From the NCBI GenBank assembly GCA_965112735.1, contig OZ218950.1, forward strand, positions 4,712,001-4,776,000: a DNA stretch of 64,000 nt, read 5' to 3'. Below, piece by piece: positions 63,398 to 64,000 of the stretch; position 1 is the first letter of the stretch, and the number at the start of each line of letters is the position of its first letter. A program made the translations under genes and the position numbers. Source of the DNA: Phaeosaccion multiseriatum. Taxonomy: Eukaryota > Protista > Ochrophyta, other classes. The notes beneath the pieces were generated by a model that worked only from the letters and a program-made list of their open reading frames with translations, ran no database searches and was not told the DNA's origin.

Positions 63398-64000
63398 GGG
63401 AGGGGAGAGGCTCACGGCAGCACTTTGGACGTCGCCATCCCATCTGACTTGACAAGGCGTATGGACGTTCATGGGCGGGGTCTGCTATGCCATGGAGGGC
63501 TTCACAGGGAGTGAGTGTACCGTATGCACACTGCTGCAAAGGGAGTGGGTGTATAGTGTACCGTATGCACACGGCTGCAAAGGGAGTGAGTGTATACCGT
63601 ATGCTGTGTATGTACTGTGTGTGTACTGTGTGCGTGCTGCAGGGGAGTGAAAGGGAGCTGGAGTTGACCGTCACGGGCAGCAAGCAAGAGCCCAAGGGAG
63701 GGAGAAGAGAAGAGAAGAGAAGCTGGCGGATACACAAAACAAACATCACTGGGGGCACCCCCCGGGGGGCACCCCACCTGGAAGTGGCTCTTTGCGCCAT
63801 TGGAAATTGGGGTTTGATATAAAAGATAAAGGCATCCCTTGCCTTGCCCCCCCCCCCCCCCTCGCTTTATTATATTTGATCCGAGCGGAAGGGAGCGGCG
63901 CAGGGCTGTGTGTGCACCTCTGTCGCACGTCTGCCGCTGATGTGTTTTCATGCAGAGCCGAATGATTACACTCTTCTTTCTGACCCTACGAAGGAACGCA

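Overview
Gene-dense, intron-rich eukaryotic nuclear DNA. A fucoxanthin-type LHC with an ASAF-type bipartite presequence points to a photosynthetic stramenopile (ochrophyte); the taxonomy is inference. I reconstructed gene models by hand by joining ORF fragments at GT-AG junctions. From left to right: a head-to-head paralogous pair of a large secretory-pathway protein (Cas1p/PC-esterase-like domain + acyltransferase-3 membrane domain + GT91/GH130-like beta-propeller), an ABCG half transporter, an Lhcf/FCP gene bracketed by an inverted repeat pair with a palindromic TGACGT box upstream, pirin, RPP40, a type-I membrane protein with four 6-Cys saposin-like repeats, a C-x4-C-x9-C-x2-H zinc-finger repeat protein, UTP18, a class-IV/bacterial-type HDAC, a disrupted PWP1 fragment, an atypical SDR/epimerase, a divergent G6PDH / 6PGDH pair, an LPA1-like + SnoaL fusion and an NSD/ASHR3-like SET methyltransferase. 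Introns are filled with microsatellites, and most long low-complexity ORFs in the track are artefacts of these. The best candidate for an undescribed system is the duplicated tri-domain glycan acyl/glycosyl-transfer protein at 104-7726. All domain calls come from motif recognition by eye; no searches were run.
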